Assembly: GCA_903911145.1 (NCBI GenBank)
Contig: CAIWCD010000003.1
Coordinates: forward strand, 642 to 64,641
Source of the DNA: an uncultured delta proteobacterium
Lineage (GTDB): Bacteria > Myxococcota > Myxococcia > Myxococcales > 40CM-4-68-19
Direction: 5' to 3'
DNA length: 64,000 bases
The first letter of the stretch is position 1, and each line of letters begins with the position of its first letter. This document shows, piece by piece, positions 47,001 through 56,211 of the stretch. The notes beneath the pieces are model-generated. The model saw nothing but the letters and a program-made list of their open reading frames with translations, made no database searches and was not told where the DNA came from. Both the position numbers and the translations under genes were made by a program.

Positions 47001-50000
47001 CAAACCTGACCGGCACCAGCGCCGTTTCGTTTAATGGCGCTGCCGCGACGATCCAATCGGTGTCGGCCACGCAGATCGTCACGACGGTGCCCGCCGGTGC
47101 AACCACGGGACCGATCCAGGTCACGACGCCGGGAGGAGTCGCGACGTCGGGCAGATATACGATTCTCCCTTCGCCGACGTTAACCAGCTTCTCCCCTGCG
47201 GGCGGAGCGGGCGTTGGCGCACCGATTACACTGGTCGGAACCAACCTAATCGGAGCCACGTCGCTCCTGTTTAATGGCGGCACCCTGCTCGCTCCAGTCA
47301 GCGCAGTCTTCCTCGGGGCCACCGTCACGGGCGCCATTCCGGCTGGAGCAGTGACCGGTCCTGTCGGCGTGGTGACTCCAGGAGGCACGGCCTATACCAG
47401 CCTGCCCTTCACGATTCTGGCAGCGCCGTCGATTGCGTCGATATCACCGAGCAGCGCCTATGCCGGGACCGGCGCGCTCGTCACCATCAGCGGCTCCCAG
47501 CTTGCGAATGCCACTTCGCTCGCGTTCAATGGTACGGCCGCGCTCATTGAAAGCAATACCTCGGGCCTGATTACAACGACAGTACCGCCCGGCGCAACAA
47601 CAGGTCCCGTCACCGTCGCTACGCCAGGAGGAATTGCCAGCGCCGCCTTTACCGTTCTGACGGTCGGTGCGCCCGCGCCAGTCGGCCCGGCTCCCCTGGT
47701 GATTACGCGGCAGGCGCTGGCGCACGTCGGTGCAGTCGATCGAATGGTCGCGGGCCCCGATATCATCGCCGCCGGAGGCATGCACCAGCGCAATATCTAC
47801 CTCGGGCAGGTGAACTCCAAAGATGCCTGGGCTGACAATCTGCAGGTCGTCACCCTCGATGAGAGCGGCAATCTCCTCGCGGATCGGGTCTATCCGGACA
47901 GCACGCTGCCGATGAATGGAGCCGGCCAGCGCAGCATCGCGGGCCTCGCGCTCGACCCGGCGAAAGAGCGGCTCTATCTGGCCCTGCACGAATATGTTGC
48001 CGTGAATCAATCCCTCTTATCGGTCTGGGCGCTCGATGGTGGCGCGCCGACAGGAGCACCCGCGAGTTATGCGACGGGCAGTTGTTATAAGGCGACGGGA
48101 ACGACGCCGATCTCGATCGCGCTCAATCCAACGCTGCCGATTCTCTATATCGCCTGCAGCAACGGCCCGACGGTCTATGCGGTCGCGTTGAACGCAGCCG
48201 GCGATCCGGCCGGAGATGCGGGAACGTTCCTCGTGGGAGACGCCGGCCTCTCCGACGTGCAGGTCAGCCACGATGGCGCGCATCTCTATCTCGGAACGAA
48301 CAGTGATCAACTGGAGATCGTCGATCTCGATCCGCACAGCGGAATTCCAACGTCTGGTTTGCCGCGGATCTATCTTGCCGGCCCGGATCCACTGACCCAG
48401 ACCGTGGGTCCATTGCGATTTGAATTGGGCGGACACGCGCTCTATCGCGAGCACCAACCGCTCACGCTCGGCAGCAGCGCCACTCTCGAGGTTCCTCCGC
48501 CATCGTGGCCGCTGGAGGTCTGGCCGCTCAACGCAGCGGGAAACCCTGGCCAGCAGACGTGGAGCACGCCGCTGCCGCAGTTCACGGGCAGCGCGTTTGC
48601 CGCCTCTCCCGACGGTGGATATCTCCTGCTCGCCGCCGATCAATATGCGGTTGATCCATTCAACGGAAATCGTTTCTACGAGGGATATGCTCCCTGGCTC
48701 TATGCGACCGATAGCAGCGGAGCTCCCAATGCAACTGGAACCATCTATGCGACGAGCGGCGATAGCCGGCCCCTGCTGGCAACGATCGCTTCCGATGGCC
48801 AATCGGTGCTGCTCGTCGACCAGACGGCACCCGCGGGGAATCTCTCCTCGAATCTCTGGCTACGCACCACAGTCACTGCTGCGCGGACCAATGCCGACGC
48901 GGGCCTGAATACCGTTCCCTATTCGCTCTACGGTTCGGGGGTGACGGGCGTGCTCACCACCGATGGCGGCACGCCGTCCGCGTGGTTCCCGCTCGATCCG
49001 CTGCTCGCCGGCCGCAATGGGCAACTGCTGGTGACGCTCACGTTTGGTCCGATCACGACCGTGGCCAACAATCACGCACCAACCGCGCTCGGTCCGCTCT
49101 CCGCGACCATCGAAGTTGCGCAGGGGGATATCTCGAATCTGACGACCATCGCGTCGTTGCACGAGACAGTGCTCGGCGACACCATCGATCTCATGCTGCC
49201 TGGATATGAAGAGTGGCAGCCTGGAATCAACGGCCCCATCGAGCTCTTGAGCACGCATATCCGGCGCGTCTATCTGAATACCGCGGAGGCCGCCGTCGCC
49301 GCACTCTCCCCCGCGCTCAAGAACTCCGCGACGCCGAAGCAGTTGATTGTCTCCTGCTCGGGAATGGCCGGCGGGCAGGGAGAAGAGCAGCAACTCCTCG
49401 ACGAGGCGACGACGCTGCAGTTGCTCGGTTGCAATACCGTCGGCGCGAGCAACTGGGGCGCGATCCCATATACGGAACTCAGACAGGTATTGCTCGACGC
49501 CGGACTCCCCGGACGCGGCATGACGATCTTCCGCGGCGTCCCCTACCTCCCCAACTTCGATTATGAATATGGTGCGCCGGGATATACTCCGGACCCGGCG
49601 ACGCTCGTCTCCCAGTGGCTCGACTCGACGGTCTTCGCCGCGAATGGAACGTTACCGATCTTCAGCGGCGAGACGCTGGCGAACGTGGTGGATATCAAGC
49701 TCGCCGACGAGCCGGCCTGGAGCTATCCGGGCGAACTGAATCTGCTTGCCGCGTCTGATGCGGGGTTGGCGTTGTTTCACGCAGCACTCGCGGACGCGGG
49801 CTGGCAACCGGGCGATCTCGTCGCGGGCGCACCCAACAGCCCGACCGGTTGGGCCGAGGTATTGCCGCGCAGCTATCCGGGGCTCGATGCAGGAACCGAG
49901 ACGCGCACGCTCTATCGCGAGACGATGCGTTACTTCCCCGCGGCCGCAACGCGCGCCTATAGCGAGGCCGCGGATATGCTGCAGGCCGCATTTGCCGACG

Positions 50001-51556
50001 CTGGCGCGGATACCAATGCACGCGTCGTCAACATCGACGTCAATTGGGCGACGTCCCCCTGGTATGGCAATCAATCGATTGCCGCGAATCCGCCGACTGC
50101 ATTCGGCCAGTTTGATTGGCTGGAGGTCGGCCGCGACGGCCATTTCACTCCGTGGACGGAGGATTGGGCATTCTTCAATCCGGAGGATTGGACCACGGCC
50201 GCCGATCAACTGCGCTCGGCGGCAATGCTCGCGCCCGCTCCTGGCACCACAAGGCTTCCGCGCAATTTCGGTGGATATATCGTCGGCAATCATCTTCTCT
50301 ATAGTCATCCCGAGGCCGCGAGCTTCAATGCTCTCTCGCTGGTTGCGAAAGGATCCAAGACCGTCGAGCTCTATTCCTTTGGCCCTGGGCAGGTCGATGG
50401 ATTGTCATTCTATGATCAGGGCAACACCTGGTCGGAGGATACCGGCATCTATGGATCGATCGCGCGCGCCACCCGGCGCATCGGCGCGGCCGAGTCGGTG
50501 CTCTATCCGGGCATTCCTGCACGCGGCAAAGTCGCGCTGCAGTTCCACTCCTCCAGCCCGCTCTGGGAGCCGTCGCAGGGACACCTGTACGAATTGGAGT
50601 CGGCGGCACTGCACTACGCGCTGGCGCACGCGGGATATACCGTTGATTACATCGACGACGTGGATATGGAGAGCGGCGCACTCACTGCGCGTGGATATTC
50701 GGCGCTCTATCTGACCGAGCCCGATCTGACGACCAAGGCGCAGTTGGCGATCGTGGATTGGGTCAATGCGGGAGGGACGCTGGCCGTGGTGCTCGCGGGA
50801 GGAATCAACAACGAACTCGACCAACCCAGCGCCATCCTCGATCCCGTGCTGGGCTTGAGCCGGACGACGATTCGAAGTTTCCGCAGTCCGAGCACCGCCG
50901 CGAACATCTTCGCGCGCCAACCCGGCAGCATCGATTACTCGGTCTATCAAGGAACGCTCGCGACGCTCCAGCCGACGGGCGTCGATTCCGCCGCGTTCGG
51001 CGATGCTGGCGTAACGATTGTTGGGACATATCTGCCGCTCGATGGATATCTCAATGGTGGCGCGACGACCGTGGCGACCATTCCAGACGGGGGAGTCCAC
51101 AGCATGCCGGGCCCCGCGATCGCCGTGAACAGCTATGGCAGCGGAACCGCCGTCACCTATGGATTCTATCCGGGCCAGGAGTATCGAATGGCCTCCGATA
51201 ACAGCGGGTATCCCGATCAGCTGCCGCAGCATTACAATCCGAGCCTGCGCCAGCTCGCTGTCGGCGCGGCCCGCCTCGCCAACACTCCCCAGCCGGTGAT
51301 TCTCGATCACGCGGTGGTTGAGGCCGACCTGCTCCAATCCCCGGCGGGTCTGGCGGTGGCGCTCCTCAATTGGACCGACCAATATATCCCGCTGCTCCAG
51401 GTCACCATTCCCAATGCCTGTTACAGCGGGACCCCGTGCACCATCAGCAGCGTCACCTCGTCGGAACATCCCGCGCCGCTCGACTTCGCCCAGGCGGGGA
51501 CGCAGCTGACCGTGACGTTGCCGATCGACAAGGTCGATGTGCTCATCATCAAATGA
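44081..51556 (+). CDS. giant surface protein (~2491 aa): IPT/TIG domains, ~9 Ig-like repeats, 5 more IPT domains, large C-terminal region with beta-propeller-like and GH42-middle-domain-like segments
   Basis: The start is at the ATG at 44081 (MRDAFELP..., signal ALISALAGC). The Ig-like repeats follow GxPLxxPLxVxVxD...GxxGIxVNW. The C-terminus has ALYLTEPDLTTKAQLAIVDWVNAGGTLAVV. Confidence 0.9.
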   Translation: MRDAFELPVLNAAPSMRCIHFAPAAIAAALISALAGCHGPGAINGEPPTISSVTPASGLTGAAVTIAGAHLDSATVVFGATPAVINADTSAQITTNVPVGAAPGPELITITTPHGSATASFTVIAQPAPMTIALHSGDGQTGLVGMPLNSPLSVLVTDSQQHGMSGVSVAWATAAGGSSDGDSGASVSQSTSVTGADGIASISATLGPRGGTNEFTATISGATGSPVRFSARAAVGMTLVSGNAQTGVVGNPLSAPLKVLVVDDNQLGVAGIAVNWATTGGTFGASSSTAASISDANGFATPPSLASLGMSGGIDSYTASFTDSPTLSPITFTAQAAAALAINAGNGQVGIVGAPLAQPLSVFISDGNANGISGIQVNWTAAGGGLGLPGSSSASASSVSDINGIASTPAILGAIATTDTFTATVDGLSGSPAIFTASAAGAVRMSSGDQQTGVAGQALANLLAVQVVDSNDAGISGIAVNWAIGAADAGAAGLGDTTGAIDPTPSVTNYDGIASVAATLGARGGPNYFTASVAGLTSSPVVFNAEAASGVSLISGNAQTGWAGEPLANPLVAQAVDNNDAGVAGIVVNWLVADAGDQTATVDSITNTTSVTTAGDGTTSINPTLGAVGGANLYIAMIPGLASSVRFSAQAATAIIADDGGAQTAISGAPLAQALVVRVVDNLDAGVAGIPINWSTSGNKFGIAITPAANTTDSTGTAIAQATLGAGGGTDTFTATVATQPNPAVTFGALAAGAIMISPIDGGNAQNADAGAQLPRPLVALVTDGTVLSDGGYIPVSGITVNWTATGGGPGVAVNPATVVTGADGLAQTTATLGATGGTNTFKASLAGIPGVASYTATANGGTCPASATPTINQFTPTDGGVGTVVTIQGNNLCSTTGVFFSNNAAAVFTPTGSPTALVAVLPAQAVTGPIKVVTTGGTVISANPFTVIAVPTISSVAPVNGAGVGVTVTIKGTNLTGTSAVSFNGAAATIQSVSATQIVTTVPAGATTGPIQVTTPGGVATSGRYTILPSPTLTSFSPAGGAGVGAPITLVGTNLIGATSLLFNGGTLLAPVSAVFLGATVTGAIPAGAVTGPVGVVTPGGTAYTSLPFTILAAPSIASISPSSAYAGTGALVTISGSQLANATSLAFNGTAALIESNTSGLITTTVPPGATTGPVTVATPGGIASAAFTVLTVGAPAPVGPAPLVITRQALAHVGAVDRMVAGPDIIAAGGMHQRNIYLGQVNSKDAWADNLQVVTLDESGNLLADRVYPDSTLPMNGAGQRSIAGLALDPAKERLYLALHEYVAVNQSLLSVWALDGGAPTGAPASYATGSCYKATGTTPISIALNPTLPILYIACSNGPTVYAVALNAAGDPAGDAGTFLVGDAGLSDVQVSHDGAHLYLGTNSDQLEIVDLDPHSGIPTSGLPRIYLAGPDPLTQTVGPLRFELGGHALYREHQPLTLGSSATLEVPPPSWPLEVWPLNAAGNPGQQTWSTPLPQFTGSAFAASPDGGYLLLAADQYAVDPFNGNRFYEGYAPWLYATDSSGAPNATGTIYATSGDSRPLLATIASDGQSVLLVDQTAPAGNLSSNLWLRTTVTAARTNADAGLNTVPYSLYGSGVTGVLTTDGGTPSAWFPLDPLLAGRNGQLLVTLTFGPITTVANNHAPTALGPLSATIEVAQGDISNLTTIASLHETVLGDTIDLMLPGYEEWQPGINGPIELLSTHIRRVYLNTAEAAVAALSPALKNSATPKQLIVSCSGMAGGQGEEQQLLDEATTLQLLGCNTVGASNWGAIPYTELRQVLLDAGLPGRGMTIFRGVPYLPNFDYEYGAPGYTPDPATLVSQWLDSTVFAANGTLPIFSGETLANVVDIKLADEPAWSYPGELNLLAASDAGLALFHAALADAGWQPGDLVAGAPNSPTGWAEVLPRSYPGLDAGTETRTLYRETMRYFPAAATRAYSEAADMLQAAFADAGADTNARVVNIDVNWATSPWYGNQSIAANPPTAFGQFDWLEVGRDGHFTPWTEDWAFFNPEDWTTAADQLRSAAMLAPAPGTTRLPRNFGGYIVGNHLLYSHPEAASFNALSLVAKGSKTVELYSFGPGQVDGLSFYDQGNTWSEDTGIYGSIARATRRIGAAESVLYPGIPARGKVALQFHSSSPLWEPSQGHLYELESAALHYALAHAGYTVDYIDDVDMESGALTARGYSALYLTEPDLTTKAQLAIVDWVNAGGTLAVVLAGGINNELDQPSAILDPVLGLSRTTIRSFRSPSTAANIFARQPGSIDYSVYQGTLATLQPTGVDSAAFGDAGVTIVGTYLPLDGYLNGGATTVATIPDGGVHSMPGPAIAVNSYGSGTAVTYGFYPGQEYRMASDNSGYPDQLPQHYNPSLRQLAVGAARLANTPQPVILDHAVVEADLLQSPAGLAVALLNWTDQYIPLLQVTIPNACYSGTPCTISSVTSSEHPAPLDFAQAGTQLTVTLPIDKVDVLIIK

Positions 51557-51596
51557 CGGTCGATGAATACGTGGCTCCAATGACCGTCGAAGAGTT

Positions 51597-52316
51597 ATGA
51601 ACACAGCCATGAGAAACAAGCTCGCGCTGCTGCTGGCGGCCTGCTCTGCGGCCTGTCTCTATGGACCGCGGATGGGTGAAGCCGATTCGGTCGACTCGTA
51701 TTCGCGCGCGGGCTGGGCCGCCCCCGCGACTGAATTTCCGCCCCGTGCGGCGCCGGAACAGGCGCGGGCTGGACGCGCAGGAGGGCCGATCAACCTCGGC
51801 GCAGAGCTCGGCCACGTCGATATCCTGCCGGTCGTGCCGCGCCTGCCGACGCAGGTGATCAACCGCTCGACCTTCCACGTGCAGCAGAACCGTTTCGCGA
51901 TGAGCGCTCCGGGAAACTCGACGAACTTCGACGTGTCACTCGACGGCGCGGGCTGTCTGCGCGGCTCGATCGGCGCGGCGCTCGCCGAGTTCTGCCCGGC
52001 ATCGCTGGCACGCGGCGACAAGCCCGGCAGCGCGCGCTGGCGCAGCACGAGCAGCGTATCCACCTTTGCGGTTCAACTCAGCCCCGATCAGAACACGCTG
52101 CTGGTCGAGGCCGGCCGCGCCCATGGCGTCTTTGCGCTCGGCCAGGGTGGTGCGATCGATCAGCTCCGTCGTCATCCGGAGATGCTCGGCCTCGCGTTCG
52201 TCGCGGGGCTGATGCCTGCGGCGAAAGGCCATGGCAACGGGCCGGATATCGACTTCGGCTTCGAGGTCGTCGAGCGGCTCGTCGCCAGCGCGGCAGGCGG
52301 ACCCAGTCACGGCTGA
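51597..52316 (+). CDS. hypothetical lipoprotein (239 aa)
   Basis: MNTAMRNKLALLLAACSAAC has a lipobox. Confidence 0.55.
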   Translation: MNTAMRNKLALLLAACSAACLYGPRMGEADSVDSYSRAGWAAPATEFPPRAAPEQARAGRAGGPINLGAELGHVDILPVVPRLPTQVINRSTFHVQQNRFAMSAPGNSTNFDVSLDGAGCLRGSIGAALAEFCPASLARGDKPGSARWRSTSSVSTFAVQLSPDQNTLLVEAGRAHGVFALGQGGAIDQLRRHPEMLGLAFVAGLMPAAKGHGNGPDIDFGFEVVERLVASAAGGPSHG

Positions 52317-52361
52317 GGCTGCGTCGATCCGCGCCAGAGACACGCGCGGAGGGTAGCAGCT

Positions 52362-55109
52362 ATGGTCGCGCGCGCTACCCTCCGCGATATGCGCACAACC
52401 TGCCTGACAGAAGATGAGTTCGCGCTGCTGGCCGAGGGACGGCTGGAGGGGGGCGCCGCGGCCGAAGCAGAGCTGCACGCTCGCGATTGCGGCAATTGCA
52501 ATCGCTTGATGACCAGCATCGGTGACGCGGTCACGCGGAGATCGGGGCTGGGCAGGCCGCGTGGCGAGTCGTCGAACGCAGGCGCCGCGCTGGAGCCAGG
52601 TGCGCGCGTCGGACGATTCGTGCTGACGCGACTGCTCGGCACGGGCGGGATGGGTGCAGTCTGGGCGGCGCACGATCCCGAGCTCGGTCGCGACGTCGCG
52701 CTCAAGCTGGTGCGCCCCGGGCCGGGCAGCATTGGTGATTCCGCCCAGAACCGCGATCGCCTGCTGCAGGAAGCCAAGGCGATGGCGAACCTCGCTCATC
52801 CCAACGTGGTGCCGGTCTTCGAGGTCGGGATGCTGGGCGACGAGCTCTTCGTCGTGATGGAGCTCGTCGAGGGAGAGACGCTGCGCAGCTGGATCTCCCG
52901 CCCGCATTCCGTGCCCGAGATCCTGCGCGTGTTCGCCGGGGCGGGACTCGGTCTCGCGGCCGCGCATGCCAAGGGCATCGTGCATCGCGACTTCAAGCCC
53001 GAGAACGTCCTGATGGGGAAGGACGAGAGGCCGCGGGTCACTGACTTCGGGCTCGCACGGATGGTGCCGGGTCCGCGAAAGTTCGCCACGCCCAGGCAGG
53101 CCGCGCTCTCGGAGACTGCTCGCTCAGATGGCACAGAGACGCCTCGGGGCGCGCTGATGGGAACTCCCGCGTACATGGCGCCCGAGCAGTTCGACGGCGG
53201 TGTCGCGAGCGAAGCCTCCGATCTCTTCTCGTTCTGCACCGTGTTCTACGAGGCGCTCTATGGCGTGCGCCCGTTCGTTGGCTCGACCGTCTATGCAGTG
53301 CGGACCGCCATGCGTGCGGGCCGCGCGCGCCTCCCGACCAGACCGCGCCTTCCCGCAGCGGTGCGCAAGCTCCTGCTGCAAGGCCTTCGCTACAACGCCA
53401 CCGAGCGGCCCGCGTCGATGGCCGAGATCGCCGCGGTGCTCTCCCGCGACACTGGCGCACGCGCACTCAAAGTGGCCTTCGTCACCACGCTGGTCGCGAC
53501 CCTCGTGCTCGGTGCGTGGAGCGTCTCGCGCGCACGGATCTGCAAGGACGCAGGCACGCGCCTCGCGGGCGTCTGGGACCCTCCGCGGCAGAGCAAGGTC
53601 GAGAGCGCATTTCTCGCGACCCACCTCGTCTACGCGCCGGATGCCTACCAGCGCGTCGCAGCCGCGTTCGAGCGCTTCCGCACCGGCTGGACGAGCAACT
53701 ACACGAACGCGTGCGAGCAGAGCGCCGCGGCCAGCAAGGACGATCCCGTCGCCTATCTGCGCATGGCATGCCTCACGCAGCAGCTGGCCGCAGCGCAGTC
53801 CAAGAGCGATCTCTTCGCGCAGGCCGATGAGAAGGTGGTCGAGGTGGCCGCCGCGATCGCCTCGAGTCTCGACGATCCGGCGTCCTGCGCGAGCGCCGCT
53901 GGTCGCAGCGCGCCGCCGCCGCCGAATCTCACCGACCGTCTCGCGGTCGAACATCTGCGCGAGAAGCTCGTGCGTGCCCGCGCGCTCGGGGAGGCCGGCC
54001 GATTCGCGGAGTCGCTCTCTCTCGCGAATGCTGCGGTTGACGAGTCGCGCGCGACCCATTGGCCGCCGATGCGCGCCGAGGCGCTCTTCACTCTCGCGCA
54101 GACGCAGCGCGAGATGGACGACGCACAGCCTGCGCTCGAGACGGCCACCGACGCGGCGCTCGCCGCCGAGGGCACCCGGCACGACGGCATCGCCGCGAGG
54201 GCCTGGGTGCTGGCTGTGCATCTCTGCGGCGGGCAGCTCAACCGTGCACAGCAAGGTCGGGAGCTCATGCGCCACGCCCGCGCCGCGGTGGAACGCCTCG
54301 GCAGCGACGATGATCTCGCCGCGCAGCTGGAGAACGCTGAGGGAAACCTGCTCGGCCGCGAGGGGAAGCTGATCGAGTCGGAGCAGGCGCAGCGACGCGC
54401 GCTCGCGTTCTATGAGGCGACCGGCAAGCAGGACCAGTTCTATACGTGGCTGCTCAACGATGAAGCAGTGTCGCTCAGCTACCTTGGCCGCGACGACGAG
54501 GCCGCACCGCTCTTCAAGCGGACCGCGGAGATCAAGGAGCGCGTGCTCGGTCCGCACCACCCGGATGTCGGGCTCACCCTCTCAAATCTCGCAAACTCGC
54601 TCACCCTCCTCGGTCGCTACGACGAGTCGCAGGCCGCGCTCGACCGGGCCGCGGAGATCCTCGGCGCCTCGCTGAGGCCGGACCATGCCTGGACCATGGC
54701 GCTCGACAACAACCTCGGCGATCTCGCGCATGCGAAGGGAGATCATCCGACGGCGCTACGTTGGTACGAGCGCGCGATGGAGGCCAACGAGGCAGGCGTG
54801 CGCTCCGGTCACGCCTTCTCTCTCACGGGCGTCACCGGGGTCGCGAACACGCTGGTGGCGCTCGGCAAGCCGCTTGAGGCAATCGCGCTGCAGGAGAAGG
54901 CGCTCGACACCGGCCATCCATTCGATCCGGCCGAGCGCGCGATCGCGCAGTTCGTTCTCGCCAAAGCGCGCGTGGCCGCGGGCGGCGATTCGGCTGCACC
55001 CCTGGCGCTTGCGGAGCAGGCGCGCGCGACCCTTCTCCTCAATCCGCTGCCCAACCGTGCCGCGCTCAGCGAACTGAACGCGTGGGTGCAGAAGCAGGCG
55101 CCGCACTAG
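52362..55109 (+). CDS. Ser/Thr protein kinase with N-terminal zf-HC2-like (anti-sigma-type) motif and C-terminal TPR repeats
   Basis: It contains GTGGMGAVWAAHD (P-loop), VALK, HRDFKPENVLM and DFGLAR, plus HARDCGNCNRLM near the N-terminus. The TPR-like tail ends ...LGRYDESQAALDRAAEIL. Confidence 0.9.
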   Translation: MVARATLRDMRTTCLTEDEFALLAEGRLEGGAAAEAELHARDCGNCNRLMTSIGDAVTRRSGLGRPRGESSNAGAALEPGARVGRFVLTRLLGTGGMGAVWAAHDPELGRDVALKLVRPGPGSIGDSAQNRDRLLQEAKAMANLAHPNVVPVFEVGMLGDELFVVMELVEGETLRSWISRPHSVPEILRVFAGAGLGLAAAHAKGIVHRDFKPENVLMGKDERPRVTDFGLARMVPGPRKFATPRQAALSETARSDGTETPRGALMGTPAYMAPEQFDGGVASEASDLFSFCTVFYEALYGVRPFVGSTVYAVRTAMRAGRARLPTRPRLPAAVRKLLLQGLRYNATERPASMAEIAAVLSRDTGARALKVAFVTTLVATLVLGAWSVSRARICKDAGTRLAGVWDPPRQSKVESAFLATHLVYAPDAYQRVAAAFERFRTGWTSNYTNACEQSAAASKDDPVAYLRMACLTQQLAAAQSKSDLFAQADEKVVEVAAAIASSLDDPASCASAAGRSAPPPPNLTDRLAVEHLREKLVRARALGEAGRFAESLSLANAAVDESRATHWPPMRAEALFTLAQTQREMDDAQPALETATDAALAAEGTRHDGIAARAWVLAVHLCGGQLNRAQQGRELMRHARAAVERLGSDDDLAAQLENAEGNLLGREGKLIESEQAQRRALAFYEATGKQDQFYTWLLNDEAVSLSYLGRDDEAAPLFKRTAEIKERVLGPHHPDVGLTLSNLANSLTLLGRYDESQAALDRAAEILGASLRPDHAWTMALDNNLGDLAHAKGDHPTALRWYERAMEANEAGVRSGHAFSLTGVTGVANTLVALGKPLEAIALQEKALDTGHPFDPAERAIAQFVLAKARVAAGGDSAAPLALAEQARATLLLNPLPNRAALSELNAWVQKQAPH

Positions 55110-55191
55110 CAGGGTGTTGACTTTCGCCGACCGAGCCGGCCCGTTGTGTACGGCGACGAGGAGGGACGCGGGTTTGCACTGTTGAAGCGGG

Positions 55192-56211
55192 TTACTCGAC
55201 GCTCGCGGCGATCTCCACCAACTCCGGATAGGTCAGGTTGGACAGCAGCATCAGACTGGTCCCGTGTCGTCGCCAACTGAGCGTCGTGTAGCTGCCGAGA
55301 AGGTTCATATACCCAGTGCAGTCACCAACCGTCACCTGCTTGCCCGTGGCTGGCACGACGTCCACCGATTGGCGCATCTCCGTCAGCGAGAGCCAGTGCG
55401 GCCCGCTTCCCATGACCAGGGTTGCGTTCGGGACTGCCTCGTGATCCAGAATCACGCGCTGAACTTCATACCCATCCGGGAGCGATCGAGGAGCGACCAG
55501 CGTGAGGTCGAGTTGCTTGTTGGCCTCGTCGAGCGTCACGCCCTTCCCGGTGAGATTCCAGTCGAGAACCGTTGCGTCCGCTGGATAGTCCAATGTGAAT
55601 CCGCGCGCGGGAAGTGGAACGTCATAGTCGACTGACTCGTACTGCATCTCATACCAGGGCGTTCCAGGGGATTCGAAGACCGTGAGCCTGAGTGGAATGC
55701 CGCGCTCCTGATCCATCCAGGAGTCATAACCATACCGGTAAGGTGCAGCATCGCGCGGCTCGACTACCCAGCGCGTCGCCTCATGGCCGGCGACCGTCGC
55801 GTCGCCGATGCGCGAATATCGAAACTGTCTCAGACCAGAAAGCGTCTGCTCGCGCACAAGACTCTTCCAGTCATCCTCGCTCGGCGCAGGAAGTCCGGTG
55901 ATGCGCAGTCCAAAGCGTGTGGCCGGCCACCAGAGAGAGACCGTCTCCCCGTCGTAGACGAACAGCTGGCCCGCCAGGGCAGCCGGCGCAATCACTTCGA
56001 CGCGCACCTTGGAGAGTTTCTGATACCAGACGTCCTTGACCAGATCGGCTTGTGGATCGTCGAGCAGCACATGCCGTTCGACCAGATGGCCATGGAAGCT
56101 TTCGATGGAGAGCTGCTGGTTTGATACCCGCCGCGCCACCATCCGGGCGACCAGCGGTGTGCATCCCGTCAGGAGGAAGACCGCGACCAGCGCAGCTCCG
56201 CTCGCTCTCAT
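55192..56211 (-). CDS. LolA/RseB-like lipoprotein (339 aa)
   Basis: AALVAVFLLTGC has a lipobox. It is a paralog of the next gene, with a LolA-like N-domain. Confidence 0.55.
   Translation of the reverse strand: MRASGAALVAVFLLTGCTPLVARMVARRVSNQQLSIESFHGHLVERHVLLDDPQADLVKDVWYQKLSKVRVEVIAPAALAGQLFVYDGETVSLWWPATRFGLRITGLPAPSEDDWKSLVREQTLSGLRQFRYSRIGDATVAGHEATRWVVEPRDAAPYRYGYDSWMDQERGIPLRLTVFESPGTPWYEMQYESVDYDVPLPARGFTLDYPADATVLDWNLTGKGVTLDEANKQLDLTLVAPRSLPDGYEVQRVILDHEAVPNATLVMGSGPHWLSLTEMRQSVDVVPATGKQVTVGDCTGYMNLLGSYTTLSWRRHGTSLMLLSNLTYPELVEIAASVE

Noticed and set aside
37860-51619. Opposite-strand ORFs inside the two plus-strand giant genes (38178..38816, 39936..40265, 40557..40922, 41181..41726, 43390..45183, 46096..47388, 48017..48802, 49652..50308, 50405..51619)
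   Set aside because: These are antisense of strongly coding frames. Several are repeated because the underlying DNA is tandemly repeated (the shared VAPETASEI tails).
53124-54560. Minus-strand 478-aa ORF and other ORFs antisense to the Ser/Thr kinase gene (53200..54372, 53753..54268)
   Set aside because: Antisense Arg/Ala-rich frames. The kinase frame carries all the Hanks motifs.
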